64,000 nucleotides of DNA, from positions 267,274 through 331,273 of the forward strand of contig CAWDYR010000017.1 of assembly GCA_963806555.1 (NCBI GenBank), given 5' to 3'. Positions 1 to 10,598 of the stretch are shown here, in pieces. Source of the DNA: an uncultured Bacteroidales bacterium (GTDB lineage Bacteria > Bacteroidota > Bacteroidia > Bacteroidales > VadinHA17). Every line of letters starts with the position of its first letter. Positions within the stretch are counted from its first letter, which is position 1. A program made the translations under genes and the position numbers. A model generated the notes under the pieces. That model was given only the letters and a program-made list of their open reading frames with translations. It searched no databases and was not told where the DNA came from.

Positions 1-1879
1 ACTCATCGGCTATTTCCTGCTGTGTTCTGTTCCTTTTGTCAGGTTTAACCAGGTTGATCCTGATATTGCCAAAGGCGCCTCCTCTTATCATAGTTGTGTA
101 ACCTATCCTCTCGGGGACTCTTTCTTCAACAAGATTGGCAATATCATCAGCATAGTTGAGCATGAATTCATACGTTGCACCCTCTGTTGCAGAAGTATTT
201 ACCGTGATCTGGGATCTGTCCTCAAGAGGGGCCATTTCAGCAGGAATTGTCATCCAGAACAATACTATCAAGCCTAGTGCAGCCACAAGTATAATGAAGG
301 CGGTCCGTCTGTGGTGAAGGAATGAATCCAATGCTCCTTTATAAAAATCATTCAGCCTTTGAAAGAATTTTTCTGTTTTCCTGTAGAACCAGGTATGGCT
401 TTTTTCCTTTCTTAAAAATTTAGTCGAGACCATTGGTGTAAGCGAAAGGGCAAGAAACGCTGAGATAGTTACTGTCCCGGCCATTACAATACCGAATTCC
501 CTGAAAAGTCTTCCGGTTATTCCCTGTAAAAACACAATTGGGAAGAAAACTGAAACCAGTGTTATTGTAGTTGAGATTATAGCGAAGTAGATCTCCTTTG
601 AACCCTTAAAACCTGCCTCAACAGGAGTCATTCCTGATTCGACCTTTACATATATGTTCTCCATCACCACAATTGCATCGTCGACCACAATTCCAATCGC
701 CAGCACTATTGCAAGAAGAGTCAGAACGTTTATTGAAAAACCGGCCAGGTACATTATAAAAAATGACCCGACAAGTGAAACCGGTATGACCAGGATAGGA
801 ATAATTGTTGCTCTCCAGCTTCGCAGGAAGAAGTAAATAATTATAACAACGAGGACAAATGCTATGTAGATTGTGTTTTTGACTTCCTTGATTGAGGAAC
901 GGATGTAATCAGTGTTGTCGTAATTTACGGCAACCTTTACATCGTCAGGGAGATCCTTTCTAATGTAATCAAGACGCCTGTAAATCTCATCAACAATCTC
1001 AATATGATTTGAACCTGGTTGTGGTACAACCGCAATCTGTGCCATAGGAACACCATTGTTTTTCAGAATGCCCCTGATATCTTCCGGACCCAGTTCAGCC
1101 CTTCCTATATCTTTAAACCTTACCAGCTGGTCACCGGTTTGTTTTATTATAAGGTCATTGAATTCCTTTGGAGTTGTCATGAGTCCCATTGTCCTGATGG
1201 TCAGCTGGGTTGTAGTGCCTTCTATCGAGCCTGAAGGAAGTTCAACGTTTTCGCGTGAAATAGCGCTTCGCACATCCATCGGGGTCAGTCCATATCCGGC
1301 CAGTTTCATGGGATCAATCCACAGCCTCATTGAATAACGCTTCTCTCCAAATATACTTATGGCGCTTACCCCTGAAACGGTCTGAAGTTGTTCCTTTAAG
1401 GTAAGGTCCGCAATTTCGGAAAGCTCAAGCAACGATCTTTTATTGCTTTCTATTGTAAGGAAGAGGATGGGATTGGCATCGGCGTCAGCTTTGGTGACAG
1501 TAGGAGGGTCACAGTCCTGGGGAAGCCTTCGCATCGCCTGTGAAACCTTGTCTCTCACATCGTTTGCAGCTGTCTCCAGGTCGACAGAGAGTTCAAATTC
1601 AACTGTTATCCTGCTCGATCCCTGGCTGCTGACACTTGTAAGAGTACGGACACCCGGGATCCCGTTTATGGATTGCTCCAGCGGTTCAGTGATCTGGGTC
1701 TCAATAACATCTGAGTTAGCCCCCGGGTAGGAGGTATTGACAGAGATGATAGCGGGATCTACACTGGGGAATTCACGTATCCCAAGAAAAGTCAATCCGA
1801 CAACTCCGAACAGAAGGATAACAATTGCAAATACTGTTGCAAGAACAGGACGGTTTATACTTACTGATGAAAGACTCAT
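1..1879 (-). CDS. RND (AcrB/HAE1-type) efflux permease, first ~626 codons; gene runs off the window start
   Basis: My translation of the minus strand from ATG 1879 (MSLSSVSINRPVLATVFAIVILLFG...SYPGANSDVIETQITEPLE...VDDAIVVMENIY...) is open to position 1. It is absent from the ORF track because there is no stop in the window. It lies 18 bp downstream of the adaptor gene. Confidence 0.85.
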   Translation of the reverse strand, partial: MSLSSVSINRPVLATVFAIVILLFGVVGLTFLGIREFPSVDPAIISVNTSYPGANSDVIETQITEPLEQSINGIPGVRTLTSVSSQGSSRITVEFELSVDLETAANDVRDKVSQAMRRLPQDCDPPTVTKADADANPILFLTIESNKRSLLELSEIADLTLKEQLQTVSGVSAISIFGEKRYSMRLWIDPMKLAGYGLTPMDVRSAISRENVELPSGSIEGTTTQLTIRTMGLMTTPKEFNDLIIKQTGDQLVRFKDIGRAELGPEDIRGILKNNGVPMAQIAVVPQPGSNHIEIVDEIYRRLDYIRKDLPDDVKVAVNYDNTDYIRSSIKEVKNTIYIAFVLVVIIIYFFLRSWRATIIPILVIPVSLVGSFFIMYLAGFSINVLTLLAIVLAIGIVVDDAIVVMENIYVKVESGMTPVEAGFKGSKEIYFAIISTTITLVSVFFPIVFLQGITGRLFREFGIVMAGTVTISAFLALSLTPMVSTKFLRKEKSHTWFYRKTEKFFQRLNDFYKGALDSFLHHRRTAFIILVAALGLIVLFWMTIPAEMAPLEDRSQITVNTSATEGATYEFMLNYADDIANLVEERVPERIGYTTMIRGGAFGNIRINLVKPDKRNRTQQEIADE

Positions 1880-1897
1880 TACTTTGGATTTGGTGTT

Positions 1898-3004
1898 TTA
1901 CTGATTTTTAATCAGGGTGTCAAGCACGACAGGAAGGTTATGCCTCAACTGTAAAATACCCGTAGTCAGCAGGGTATCGCCGAATTTCAGCCCGTCGACG
2001 ATCTGAACGAGCGATTCGGTGCGCAGCCCGACTCCCACCTCGATAGTTGCAGCTTTCCCTTTCCTGTATACGAAAACGGTTTCTCCTTCCATCTGAGGGG
2101 TTACGGCTTCCGTAGGAATTGCTATTGCATCTTCTATTCTTGAAAGAAGGAGAGTGATTGTTGCGGTACGACCCGATTTCAACTCCTCGTTTTTATTAGG
2201 ATACATTGCCCTGATCACGATTGTTCTGGTTTCTTCGGTGATCTGGGGTTCAACAGCATAAACAGATGCTTCATAAGTTTTATCGCTGCCATACACTGTG
2301 AACGAAACAGGGAATCCGATAGTGACCTCATCGGTGTAGATCTCAGGGATTGCAAATTCAAGTTTTATAGGTCTGATCTTAACCAGTCTGGCAATTTTTG
2401 TTGACGCATTGGTATAACTTCCTTCGCTGACATATCTCAATCCAATCATTCCATCGAACGGAGCGCGGAGCTCAGTTTCTGAAATACGAGCCAGGATAAG
2501 ATTGATATCTGCCTGAATTGTCTGAAGTTCGGTCACTATCTGGTCATAACTTTCCTGGCTTATTGCATCCTTATCAAGCAGGCTGCGCTGACGGAATTCT
2601 TTTTCCTCAACAAGTTTTTTCTGCGCCTGAAGTTTTTGCAGTTGAGCCTGCAAAGGCTTGTCATTGATTTTGGCAAGAAGATCACCTTTCTTTACGCGCG
2701 TTCCTTCAGTAAAATTTATACCTACAATTTTCCCTGATGTTTCAAATGATAATTCAACCTCTTCATCCGGAATTAACTTCCCGGTGCTGTTGTAGTAGTT
2801 GTTCATGACAGTAGGTGAAATCAGAAACCCGCTGACATTGAGCAGTTGACGTCCCTGCATTCCGCCTGCACCCGGGCCCGATCCCGGTCCACCGGACCGG
2901 CCTGAATCCGAAGCAAAAAGTGGTTTAATCTTTGGATAGAATATTATTGCTGCAATCACCAGGATCAGTAAGATTGTGATTATCATTTTTTGTCTTTTCT
3001 TCAT
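1898..3004 (-). CDS. RND efflux periplasmic adaptor (membrane fusion protein)
   Basis: 368-aa ORF with an N-terminal TM, a coiled-coil stretch (LQAQLQKLQAQKKLVEEKE) and a beta-rich C-terminus. It is immediately upstream of the RND permease on the same strand. Confidence 0.85.
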   Translation of the reverse strand: MKKRQKMIITILLILVIAAIIFYPKIKPLFASDSGRSGGPGSGPGAGGMQGRQLLNVSGFLISPTVMNNYYNSTGKLIPDEEVELSFETSGKIVGINFTEGTRVKKGDLLAKINDKPLQAQLQKLQAQKKLVEEKEFRQRSLLDKDAISQESYDQIVTELQTIQADINLILARISETELRAPFDGMIGLRYVSEGSYTNASTKIARLVKIRPIKLEFAIPEIYTDEVTIGFPVSFTVYGSDKTYEASVYAVEPQITEETRTIVIRAMYPNKNEELKSGRTATITLLLSRIEDAIAIPTEAVTPQMEGETVFVYRKGKAATIEVGVGLRTESLVQIVDGLKFGDTLLTTGILQLRHNLPVVLDTLIKNQ

Positions 3005-3256
3005 ATCCGGCCGGAATTTTTAATAAAACTCATTGAATGTTAACAGTTTACTTTAGTTGTTATTTGGTACAGATTACTAAATAATCAAAGCACGCAAAGG
3101 TATGTAATTTGCAGTTTATTAGGTAATTCATGTTTTGAAAATTGTGTTAAAATTTCATAAATCAGAGTTTACCTTTCACTTTATATGCTGATCTCAGCAT
3201 GCGGTTGAATTAAATAAAACTGATTATTTTTGCTATATAAATTTAACTCAGGTTTT

Positions 3257-3724
3257 ATGATCCAGAGAATTCAATCGCTTTACCTGTCTTTGACAATAAT
3301 ACTTCCTTTATTATTCCTGAAAGGAAGTTTTTTAAAGTTTATTAACAAAACCGGGTCTGAGTTCTTCATGAATTTCGCCGGGACATGGCAGCAATCCGGG
3401 GTAGCCGATCCCGGTCTTCTATTGAAACAGATCCCTCTTTCGGTAATTATTATCCTGATCCCGGTTGTCGGGCTGGCTGCACTTTTTACTTTTAAAAACA
3501 GAAAGCTTCAGATGAAATTAACATCAGCGGTCATCCTGTCAGCTGTAATCCTGACTGGCCTGATTATCTACTATGCGATTTCAGTAATTAATATCAACCA
3601 GGTTGAGGTTGTACCTGGTTTTAAAATGTTAATCCCGGCGCTGATCATTGTATTCGGAATCCTTGCCCTCAGGGGAATCAGAAAGGATGAAAACCTTGTA
3701 AGATCTTACGACAGACTCAGGTGA
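3257..3724 (+). CDS. small polytopic membrane protein (DUF4293-like)
   Basis: The track ORF 3230..3724 uses TTG. ATG 3257 gives MIQRIQSLYLSL... with about 4 hydrophobic helices. The family call is from memory of this N-terminus. Confidence 0.5.
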   Translation: MIQRIQSLYLSLTIILPLLFLKGSFLKFINKTGSEFFMNFAGTWQQSGVADPGLLLKQIPLSVIIILIPVVGLAALFTFKNRKLQMKLTSAVILSAVILTGLIIYYAISVININQVEVVPGFKMLIPALIIVFGILALRGIRKDENLVRSYDRLR

Positions 3725-3806
3725 CTGATATGTTCTCCTGATTACCTCCGAATCAACCTACCCCGGCCAGACGAATTTAGATAACATCATAAGTGGATGC
3801 GTTAAA

Positions 3807-4265
3807 TCAAATTATCTGCATGTTTTCCTGGCTGGTGATTTTTTCGCAATAGTGGCATTTCAATGAAACATTCTTTTTTGATACCACTTTGAACCTTGTT
3901 GTCACAGCTTCAAAATTAGTAATGCATTTCGGATTCATACACTTTGCAATGCCAACTATATTGTCAGGCACTTCCACTACCTTTTTTTCAACTACTTCAT
4001 AGTCTCTTATAATATTTAACTTTGCGTCGGGGGCAACAAGAGCTATCCTGTTTATATCTGCGTCCTCAAAAAACTTATCTGATATCTTGATAATTGCTTT
4101 TCTCCCGAGCTTCTTACTCTCAAGGTTGGTCCCGAAAGTTATCTGGCTGTCGATATGGTCAAGCCTGAGTATCTGAATTACCTTGAAAAGGTTTTTGGCA
4201 GGAATATGATCGATGACAGTACCATTTTGTATGGCGCTGACACTCAATTGTTTTGGTTCTTTCAT
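3807..4265 (-). CDS. pyrI: aspartate carbamoyltransferase regulatory subunit
   Basis: [22 protein letters not shown]... with a C-terminal Zn cluster (CMNPKC...CHYCEK). It is directly downstream of pyrB. The internal Met at 4265 is preferred over the 4304 start, which overlaps pyrB. Confidence 0.85.
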   Translation of the reverse strand: MKEPKQLSVSAIQNGTVIDHIPAKNLFKVIQILRLDHIDSQITFGTNLESKKLGRKAIIKISDKFFEDADINRIALVAPDAKLNIIRDYEVVEKKVVEVPDNIVGIAKCMNPKCITNFEAVTTRFKVVSKKNVSLKCHYCEKITSQENMQII

Positions 4266-4279
4266 AATTGTTCTTCCCA

Positions 4280-5188
4280 TTATTTTATTCCTAAAAGTGA
4301 ACATAGAATTGACTGGCGGGTAAAGACTCCGTTCAGAGCCTGTTCGAAGTAGTATGCTTTCGGATTGGAGTCGACATCAGTATGAATTTCATTAACTCTT
4401 GGAAGCGGATGGAGTATCCTCATGTTTGGCTTTGTATTGTCAAGCATTGAATTTTTAAGCACGTATACGTTCTTCACCTTTTCATACTCAATAGGGTCAG
4501 AAAACCTTTCCTTCTGGACCCTTGTCATATAAATTATGTCAGCCTTTGAAATTATGTCTGTGAAGTCGGAGTGCTCATAGTATTTAAGCCCGAGGTTTTC
4601 GAGGTATAGTTTGAATTCATCAGGCATTTTAAGCTCTTCAGGTGAGATGAAATTAAATGTTGTATTCCATCTTGACATGGCCATCATCAGGGAGTGGACT
4701 GTCCTGCCGTATTTCAGGTCCCCGACCATAAAAATATTCAGATTGTCAAGTGTTCCCTGGGTTTTACGGATGGAATACATGTCGAGCAGGGTTTGAGTGG
4801 GATGCTGGTTTGCGCCATCACCTGCATTTATTACAGGAACAGAAGCCACCTCACTTGCGAATCTGGCGCTTCCTTCAACGGGATGACGCATAACTATCAG
4901 ATCGCTGTAGTTGCTTACCATCCTGATGGTGTCGTGAAGGGTTTCCCCTTTTGAGACACTTGAGCTGTTTGCATCTGAAAAGCCTACTATTTTACCGCCC
5001 AGCCGGTTAATGGCGCTTTCAAAACTAAGCCTTGTCCGGGTTGAAGGTTCAAAAAACAGGGTTGCTATAACTTTCCCTTCAAGCAGCTTCTGAACAGGAT
5101 TATTTTCAAATTCCCCTGCAAGGTCAAGAATCCTGAGCACTTCATCAGTTGTCAGATCGTCAATTGATACTAAGCTTCTGTTTCTCAT
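4280..5188 (-). CDS. pyrB: aspartate carbamoyltransferase catalytic subunit
   Basis: 302 aa with the [19 protein letters not shown] and LHPLPRV signature motifs. Confidence 0.92.
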   Translation of the reverse strand: MRNRSLVSIDDLTTDEVLRILDLAGEFENNPVQKLLEGKVIATLFFEPSTRTRLSFESAINRLGGKIVGFSDANSSSVSKGETLHDTIRMVSNYSDLIVMRHPVEGSARFASEVASVPVINAGDGANQHPTQTLLDMYSIRKTQGTLDNLNIFMVGDLKYGRTVHSLMMAMSRWNTTFNFISPEELKMPDEFKLYLENLGLKYYEHSDFTDIISKADIIYMTRVQKERFSDPIEYEKVKNVYVLKNSMLDNTKPNMRILHPLPRVNEIHTDVDSNPKAYYFEQALNGVFTRQSILCSLLGIK

Positions 5189-5302
5189 TAATATGGCTAT
5201 ATTAGTTGATCAGGTGAATTATTATCAAATTTACCTAAGAAAATAGAAATTACTTAACAAATGTTAATAATTATTTAACAACTTATAATCCGTCATTTTC
5301 AC

Positions 5303-5914
5303 TCAGTGTCTCATGATAAATCTGGATTCAAGGCCTTCAATTCTTGTCAGCAGTTTTATGATGCGATCCCTGGCAGAAATCCTGAAATTGATATCAATAC
5401 GGCATTTAAGATCAAATTCATGGCCTGAACCGGCGATATCTTCTTCTTTAATTATTTTCATGACATCATTCATCGAAGAATAGGGGAAGAGTAACTCATA
5501 GTAATCCCTGACTGTTAATTCCACTACCACCCCGTTGGAGATGGCTGATTCAGCGGCTGACCTGTATGCATTTATCAATCCGCTCACTCCAAGAAGTTTT
5601 CCTCCAAAATATCTTACAACGACAATTAGAATATTGGTGAGCCCATGTGAATTAATCTGCCCCAGAATTGGTTTGCCTGCTGTTCCTGATGGCTCGCCGT
5701 CATCATTCACCCGGAAAGTATCTCTCTCCTGACCCAGCATATAAGCAAAACAGTGGTGTCGGGCATCATGATGTTCTTTTCTTAAAGCCTCGATAACCGG
5801 CTTTGTCTCTTCCGCGGAAGAAACAGGGTATGCAAAGGCTATAAACCGGCTCCCTTTTTCTTTATAAATCCCCTGGGAAAAAGATTTGATAGTCAAATAA
5901 GTATCGGATTCCAT
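5303..5914 (-). CDS. IMPACT/YigZ family protein
   Basis: KGSRFIAFAYPV, ARHHCFAYML and NDDGEPSGTAGKPIL motifs typical of UPF0029/YigZ. Confidence 0.75.
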   Translation of the reverse strand: MESDTYLTIKSFSQGIYKEKGSRFIAFAYPVSSAEETKPVIEALRKEHHDARHHCFAYMLGQERDTFRVNDDGEPSGTAGKPILGQINSHGLTNILIVVVRYFGGKLLGVSGLINAYRSAAESAISNGVVVELTVRDYYELLFPYSSMNDVMKIIKEEDIAGSGHEFDLKCRIDINFRISARDRIIKLLTRIEGLESRFIMRH

Positions 5915-6031
5915 AATAAAATAATGCCAGCATTCTTTCGTTGGTATATAGTTACAATATTAATTAATTTGAGAAGACGGTTTCCGGTTCGGGTAAAAAA
6001 CTATATTTTTGTCAGTAATTGAGATAATTGC

Positions 6032-6415
6032 ATGAGTGTACTATTAGATGAAAAAGATCTTCAGAAACTTATTGTTATAGGCGACAGGATACTGATTAAA
6101 CCAAAGGTGCCTCAGTCACAGACAAAAAGCGGACTTTTTCTTACCTCCCGGAGTTAATGAGAATGAGAAGGTACAGATCGGTTATGTACTTAAGGTTGGT
6201 CCGGGTTATCCTATTCCCTCAATCACCGATCCCGATGAACCCTGGAAAGGTCAATCGGATGAACCAAAATATGTTCCGCTTCAGCCAAAGGAGGGAGACC
6301 AGGCGGTTTATCTCCAGAGCAGCGCCATAGAAATCGGATTCAACAAAGAAAAATATGTAGTTGTTCCACAATCTGCAATTTTGTTGCTTCTCAGAGATGA
6401 CGGACTATTTGAATA
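6032..6415 (+). pseudogene. GroES/Cpn10-like co-chaperone family protein with an apparent 1-nt frameshift
   Basis: Frame A gives MSVLLDEKDLQKLIVIGDRILIKPKVPQSQTKSGLFL, then a stop. The next frame continues PPGVNENEKVQIGYVLKVGPGYPIP...VVVPQSAILLLLRDDGLFE*. The shift is at the T5 run near 6135-6145. Both halves fall below the track cutoff. Confidence 0.6.
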
Positions 6416-6434
6416 AAAGTGGCAATCATGGAAA

Positions 6435-6822
6435 ATGTATATCTTAAAGGGGAAAAAAATTCTGATAGTTGAGGATGATGTGTCCAGCAGGTTGTATCTG
6501 AATAAAATACTTGAAAAAACCGGTGCCATACTGATAAGTGCATGTGATGGCAGTGAAGCAATTGAAGCTGCAATGGAAAATCCGGATATAGATATTATCC
6601 TGATGGATATCCAGCTTCCTGTTATTGATGGTTATGGGGCTGCAAAAAAAATAAGGGAGATTCAGAAGTAAAGTTGTAATTATCGCCCAGACTGCATACA
6701 GCCTTCTTGGTGATCGTGAAAAGATAATTTCATCAGGTTTCGATGATTACATAGTCAAACCAATATTTCCACAGCAACTAATAGAAAAACTTACAAAGGC
6801 TGTCAATAAAACTGCACCCTGA
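6435..6822 (+). pseudogene. stand-alone response-regulator receiver domain with an apparent frameshift near 6665
   Basis: KKILIVEDD...DIILMDIQLP in one frame. VVIIAQTAYSLLGDREKIISSGFDDYIVKPIFPQQL... follows in the +1 frame and ends at TGA 6820-6822. Confidence 0.7.
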
Positions 6823-6843
6823 TCTTCATCCAAACCTGCCAGG

Positions 6844-8019
6844 TCATTCAGGATAGACTGAAAGCTGGCTGAACTCCCTCTTAAATTCTTCAATTTCATA
6901 CTGCCATCTCTGCTTTTCGTATATTACAGGAACCCTGTTGGTAAGGGAAGTTCTCATTATGGAATCGCCTGAAAGGATATCAAAAGGCATCAGGTTGTAT
7001 TCATATTCATAGGGTGGCAAATTGAATTTCAGAGATCCGGGCGGCGAGGTTTCAAGGATGGCGTCAAAAATTTCAAGTGCCGTGCCAACCGGGTAATAGG
7101 CTTCGGGATTTGTAACATGTATCTGTATTCCGTTGCAATATTGTCCTGAAAACTTATTAAAAGTGGGTATGAAACCGTGGCCCCTGAAAGCACAACCTGG
7201 AATATTTCTTGCATCAAGGTTCTTTTTCAGCTTTTCCTGATCTATAAAAGGAGCACCAAAAAGCTCAAACGGGATTGTTGTGCCCCTTCCCTCTGACAGG
7301 TTCAGGGCTTCGGCAAGGACCGTCCCCGGATATACAATTGCTGTTGCGGGAGTTGGCATGTTGGGGGAGGGGATCACCCATGGAAGACCCGTTTCGCCGT
7401 AGAACGAACCCCGCCTCCAATCTTTCATCCACACTACATTCAGATCACAATTAGGGTAGTATTTTTCCCTGATCCACAAAGCCATTTCTCCGATAGTCAT
7501 CCTGTGGCACATTGGCAGGGATGCTCCGCCGACAAAGGTAAAATACTCTTCTTTCAGTACCGGCCCGTCAAAAGGCAGTCTGCCAACCGGATTGGGCCGG
7601 TCAAGAATCCAGACAGGAATCCCGGCTCCGGCACAGGCTTCAATACATAATTTTGTTGTCCAGATATATGTGTATAACCTTGCTCCGACATCCTGAAGAT
7701 CAATTAAAAGGGCGTCTATTCCCTGAAGCATTTCACTTGTCGGCTTCCGGTGTTCTCCATAGAGGCTGTACACGGGAATCCTGTAAACGGGATGGATATT
7801 GGTTCCCCACTCAATCATGTTGTCCTGTGTCTGCCCGTATAAACCGTGCTGAGGCCCGAATACCGCAGCAAGAGAACACTCTTTATTTTTATGAAACAGA
7901 TCAACAATATGCTTAAAATCAGGGGTAATGCTTGGCGAATGGCATAAAATCCCGATCCTCTTTCCCTTCAACGCAATAGGGAATTGCCTGACTATCTGAT
8001 CCAACCCCGTCTGTACCAT
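6844..8019 (-). CDS. DUF1343 family protein (NamZ-like exo-beta-N-acetylmuramidase)
   Basis: 391 aa. The N-terminal KGKRIGILCHSPSI...GPQHG and overall length fit DUF1343. Called from memory. Confidence 0.7.
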   Translation of the reverse strand: MVQTGLDQIVRQFPIALKGKRIGILCHSPSITPDFKHIVDLFHKNKECSLAAVFGPQHGLYGQTQDNMIEWGTNIHPVYRIPVYSLYGEHRKPTSEMLQGIDALLIDLQDVGARLYTYIWTTKLCIEACAGAGIPVWILDRPNPVGRLPFDGPVLKEEYFTFVGGASLPMCHRMTIGEMALWIREKYYPNCDLNVVWMKDWRRGSFYGETGLPWVIPSPNMPTPATAIVYPGTVLAEALNLSEGRGTTIPFELFGAPFIDQEKLKKNLDARNIPGCAFRGHGFIPTFNKFSGQYCNGIQIHVTNPEAYYPVGTALEIFDAILETSPPGSLKFNLPPYEYEYNLMPFDILSGDSIMRTSLTNRVPVIYEKQRWQYEIEEFKREFSQLSVYPE

Positions 8020-8164
8020 TTCTGAATTTTTATTAAATGCTATATTCTGTAACTATGTTAACTTAGCAGATTATTTTTCCGGCAACTAAAAACGAAATAA
8101 GTTAATATTCTTTCATAAGTTTAGACCATTAAACAAATTAACAAAATAAATCCGAGGAAATAGT

Positions 8165-9904
8165 ATGAAGAAGTTTCTTCAAATTCGGCTGCAATTTTTG
8201 CTCATTATAATACTTCTCATTTCCTGTTCAAGGAAGACGGAGCAAAGGGTTGTAATCCTGGCTACTACAGATATTCATGGGGTAATACTTCCTTACGATT
8301 TTATCGAAAAAAAGGACCTGAATGCTTCACTTGCGCATGTTTATACCTATGTAAAAAAGACAAGGACAGAAAACAGGAATGTGTTGCTCCTTGATGGCGG
8401 AGATAATTTGCAGGGACAGCCTGAAGTTTACTATTACAATTTCATTGACACGGTTTCTCCTCATTTTAATTCCCTGGTAATGAATTATATGGGCTACGAT
8501 GCCGGTACTGCGGGCAACCATGACATTGAAGCCGGGCACTCGGTCTATGACAGGCTTGTAAAAGAGTATAAATTCCCGATACTTGCTGCCAACGCTGTTG
8601 ATAAAACAGGAGATCCGTATTTCAAGCCTTTTACAATCGTTGAAAGGAATGGATTGAAGATAGCGGTTTTAGGGCTCATCACACCTGCCGTACCAACCTG
8701 GCTACCCCCTGAACTATACTCGGGTATTGAATTCACTGATATGGTTGTGGCTGCAAAGCGCTGGATGCCTGTAATGAAAAAAGAGAAGCCCGACCTTATT
8801 GTCGGACTCTTTCATTCAGGATGGGACGAAAGGGATATTGAGGATAGTGGAACCGGATCATCCTATGAGAACGGCTCAGCATCGGTTGCCTGGGAAGTAC
8901 CCGGCTTCGACATAATTTTTAATGGCCACGACCATAATGTTGTTAACCGGAAATTTGTCAATTCAGCCGGAGATACAGTGCTGATCCTCGACGGAGGAAG
9001 CAGGTCGGAAAAAATTGCCCGTGCCGATGTAATCTTCTCATCAGGGAGAAAGTCAGTAACCGGTGACATTATTAATGCGGATAACTACAGAACGGATCCT
9101 GCCTTCATAAAGGAGTTTTCCGGACAGGAAAAGATTATAAACCTGTATGTTGACAAAGTCATTGCTTCTTCCGAAGAAGATATTTCATCCAGGGTATCAT
9201 ATTTTGGCTCTTCGGCCTTTGTGGATATGATCCATGAGATCCAGCTTGAAATTACAGGGGCTGATGTTTCCTTTGCTGCGCCGCTCTCCTTTGACGTGAA
9301 GATCTCCTCCGGCCAGGTTACAGTAGGCGACATGTTCAAATTATACCGGTTTGAAAATATGCTTTACACAATGTCAATGTCGGGAGCAGAGATCAGAAAA
9401 TACCTTGAGTTCTCATATTCAGAATGGCTTAACACGATGAAAGGTCCGGGAGACATGCTTCTTAAATTCAGACTCGATAAATCCGGAAAACCTGCGCTGA
9501 CGAATGGTAAGGCATGGCTGAAAAATCAACCTTATAATTTTGATTCTGCTGCAGGGATCGACTACGTTGTTGATGTAGGAAAACCTGAAGGGGAACGGGT
9601 TCTGATCAAAGCATTTTCAAATGGCAAACCATTCGAATTGAACAAAACATACCGGGTGGCAGTTAACTCGTACAGAGGGAACGGTGGCGGAGGTCATTTC
9701 ACTGAGGGAGCGGGAATTAACAAAAATGATCTCGCTAAGCGGTTGATATCTTCCACTGACAGGGATTTAAGGTACTATATCATGAAATCGCTTGAATCAA
9801 AGGAAGTAATCAAGCCACTGGCCCTTAATAACTGGAGAATTATACCTGAGGAGTGGGTTAAAACTGCAAAAACGCGTGAGTATAAACTCTTATTCGGCAG
9901 ATAG
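8165..9904 (+). CDS. secreted bifunctional metallophosphatase/5'-nucleotidase lipoprotein
   Basis: Lipoprotein signal (LLISCS), calcineurin-like motifs TTDIHG, GGDNLQG, GNHD and GHDH, and a C-terminal 5'-nucleotidase-like domain. Confidence 0.8.
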   Translation: MKKFLQIRLQFLLIIILLISCSRKTEQRVVILATTDIHGVILPYDFIEKKDLNASLAHVYTYVKKTRTENRNVLLLDGGDNLQGQPEVYYYNFIDTVSPHFNSLVMNYMGYDAGTAGNHDIEAGHSVYDRLVKEYKFPILAANAVDKTGDPYFKPFTIVERNGLKIAVLGLITPAVPTWLPPELYSGIEFTDMVVAAKRWMPVMKKEKPDLIVGLFHSGWDERDIEDSGTGSSYENGSASVAWEVPGFDIIFNGHDHNVVNRKFVNSAGDTVLILDGGSRSEKIARADVIFSSGRKSVTGDIINADNYRTDPAFIKEFSGQEKIINLYVDKVIASSEEDISSRVSYFGSSAFVDMIHEIQLEITGADVSFAAPLSFDVKISSGQVTVGDMFKLYRFENMLYTMSMSGAEIRKYLEFSYSEWLNTMKGPGDMLLKFRLDKSGKPALTNGKAWLKNQPYNFDSAAGIDYVVDVGKPEGERVLIKAFSNGKPFELNKTYRVAVNSYRGNGGGGHFTEGAGINKNDLAKRLISSTDRDLRYYIMKSLESKEVIKPLALNNWRIIPEEWVKTAKTREYKLLFGR

Positions 9905-9961
9905 AAAAAGTACTTTAATTCCTTAACGGATAATTACTTTGTGATTATTTCGTTTTAAATT

Positions 9962-10591
9962 ATGAAAACAAAGCGCAAAATAGTTAATGATGGAAGTATG
10001 CTTCCCCTTGTTGAAGAGTTTTTTACTGTCCAGGGAGAAGGTTACCATACGGGTGAAGCTGCCTGGTTTATTCGTCTGGGAGGATGTGATGTGGGATGCA
10101 ACTGGTGTGATTCACGATTTGCATGGAATCCTGATATTCACCCGCTTGTTGATGCAGAGACTATTATTGCACATGCAGCTCTTTCTGGCACAAAATCTGT
10201 AGTTGTTACGGGTGGCGAGCCGCTTATGTGGAATCTTGATCTCTTATGCTCGGGTCTTAAGAAGAAGAATATCAAGACATTCATAGAGACATCGGGAGCA
10301 TATCCTTTAAGCGGGGAGTGGGACTGGATATGTCTTTCCCCTAAGAAGAATTCACCGCCTGATGCGTTGATTTGTAATAGTGCCGATGAACTGAAAGTAA
10401 TAATTGAAGTAAAGCATGATTTTGAATGGGCAGAAAAATACCGGACGTACGTTAATGAAGGATGCCGCCTTTTTCTGCAACCAGAGTGGAGCAGGTTTGA
10501 TACAATTATACCCGAAATTGTCGGTTATGTCAAAAAAAATCCTGAGTGGAAGATTTCACTCCAGGTTCACAAGTATATGCATATACCATAA
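9962..10591 (+). CDS. queE: 7-carboxy-7-deazaguanine synthase (radical SAM)
   Basis: LPLVEEFFTVQGEGYHTGEAAWFIRLGGCDVGCNWCD contains the CX3CX2C cluster and the QueE N-terminal motif. Confidence 0.85.
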   Translation: MKTKRKIVNDGSMLPLVEEFFTVQGEGYHTGEAAWFIRLGGCDVGCNWCDSRFAWNPDIHPLVDAETIIAHAALSGTKSVVVTGGEPLMWNLDLLCSGLKKKNIKTFIETSGAYPLSGEWDWICLSPKKNSPPDALICNSADELKVIIEVKHDFEWAEKYRTYVNEGCRLFLQPEWSRFDTIIPEIVGYVKKNPEWKISLQVHKYMHIP

Positions 10592-10598
10592 CGACGTT

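Noticed and set aside
654-1730. Four + strand ORFs (60-95 aa) in the first 1.8 kb
   Set aside because: They are antisense to a continuous, motif-rich RND permease reading frame on the minus strand, and their sequences are low-complexity.
10416-10598. Long upstream extension of the OmpA-family ORF that overlaps queE
   Set aside because: The extension has no signal peptide and overlaps queE by 176 nt. ATG 10599 gives a clean signal peptide right after the queE stop.
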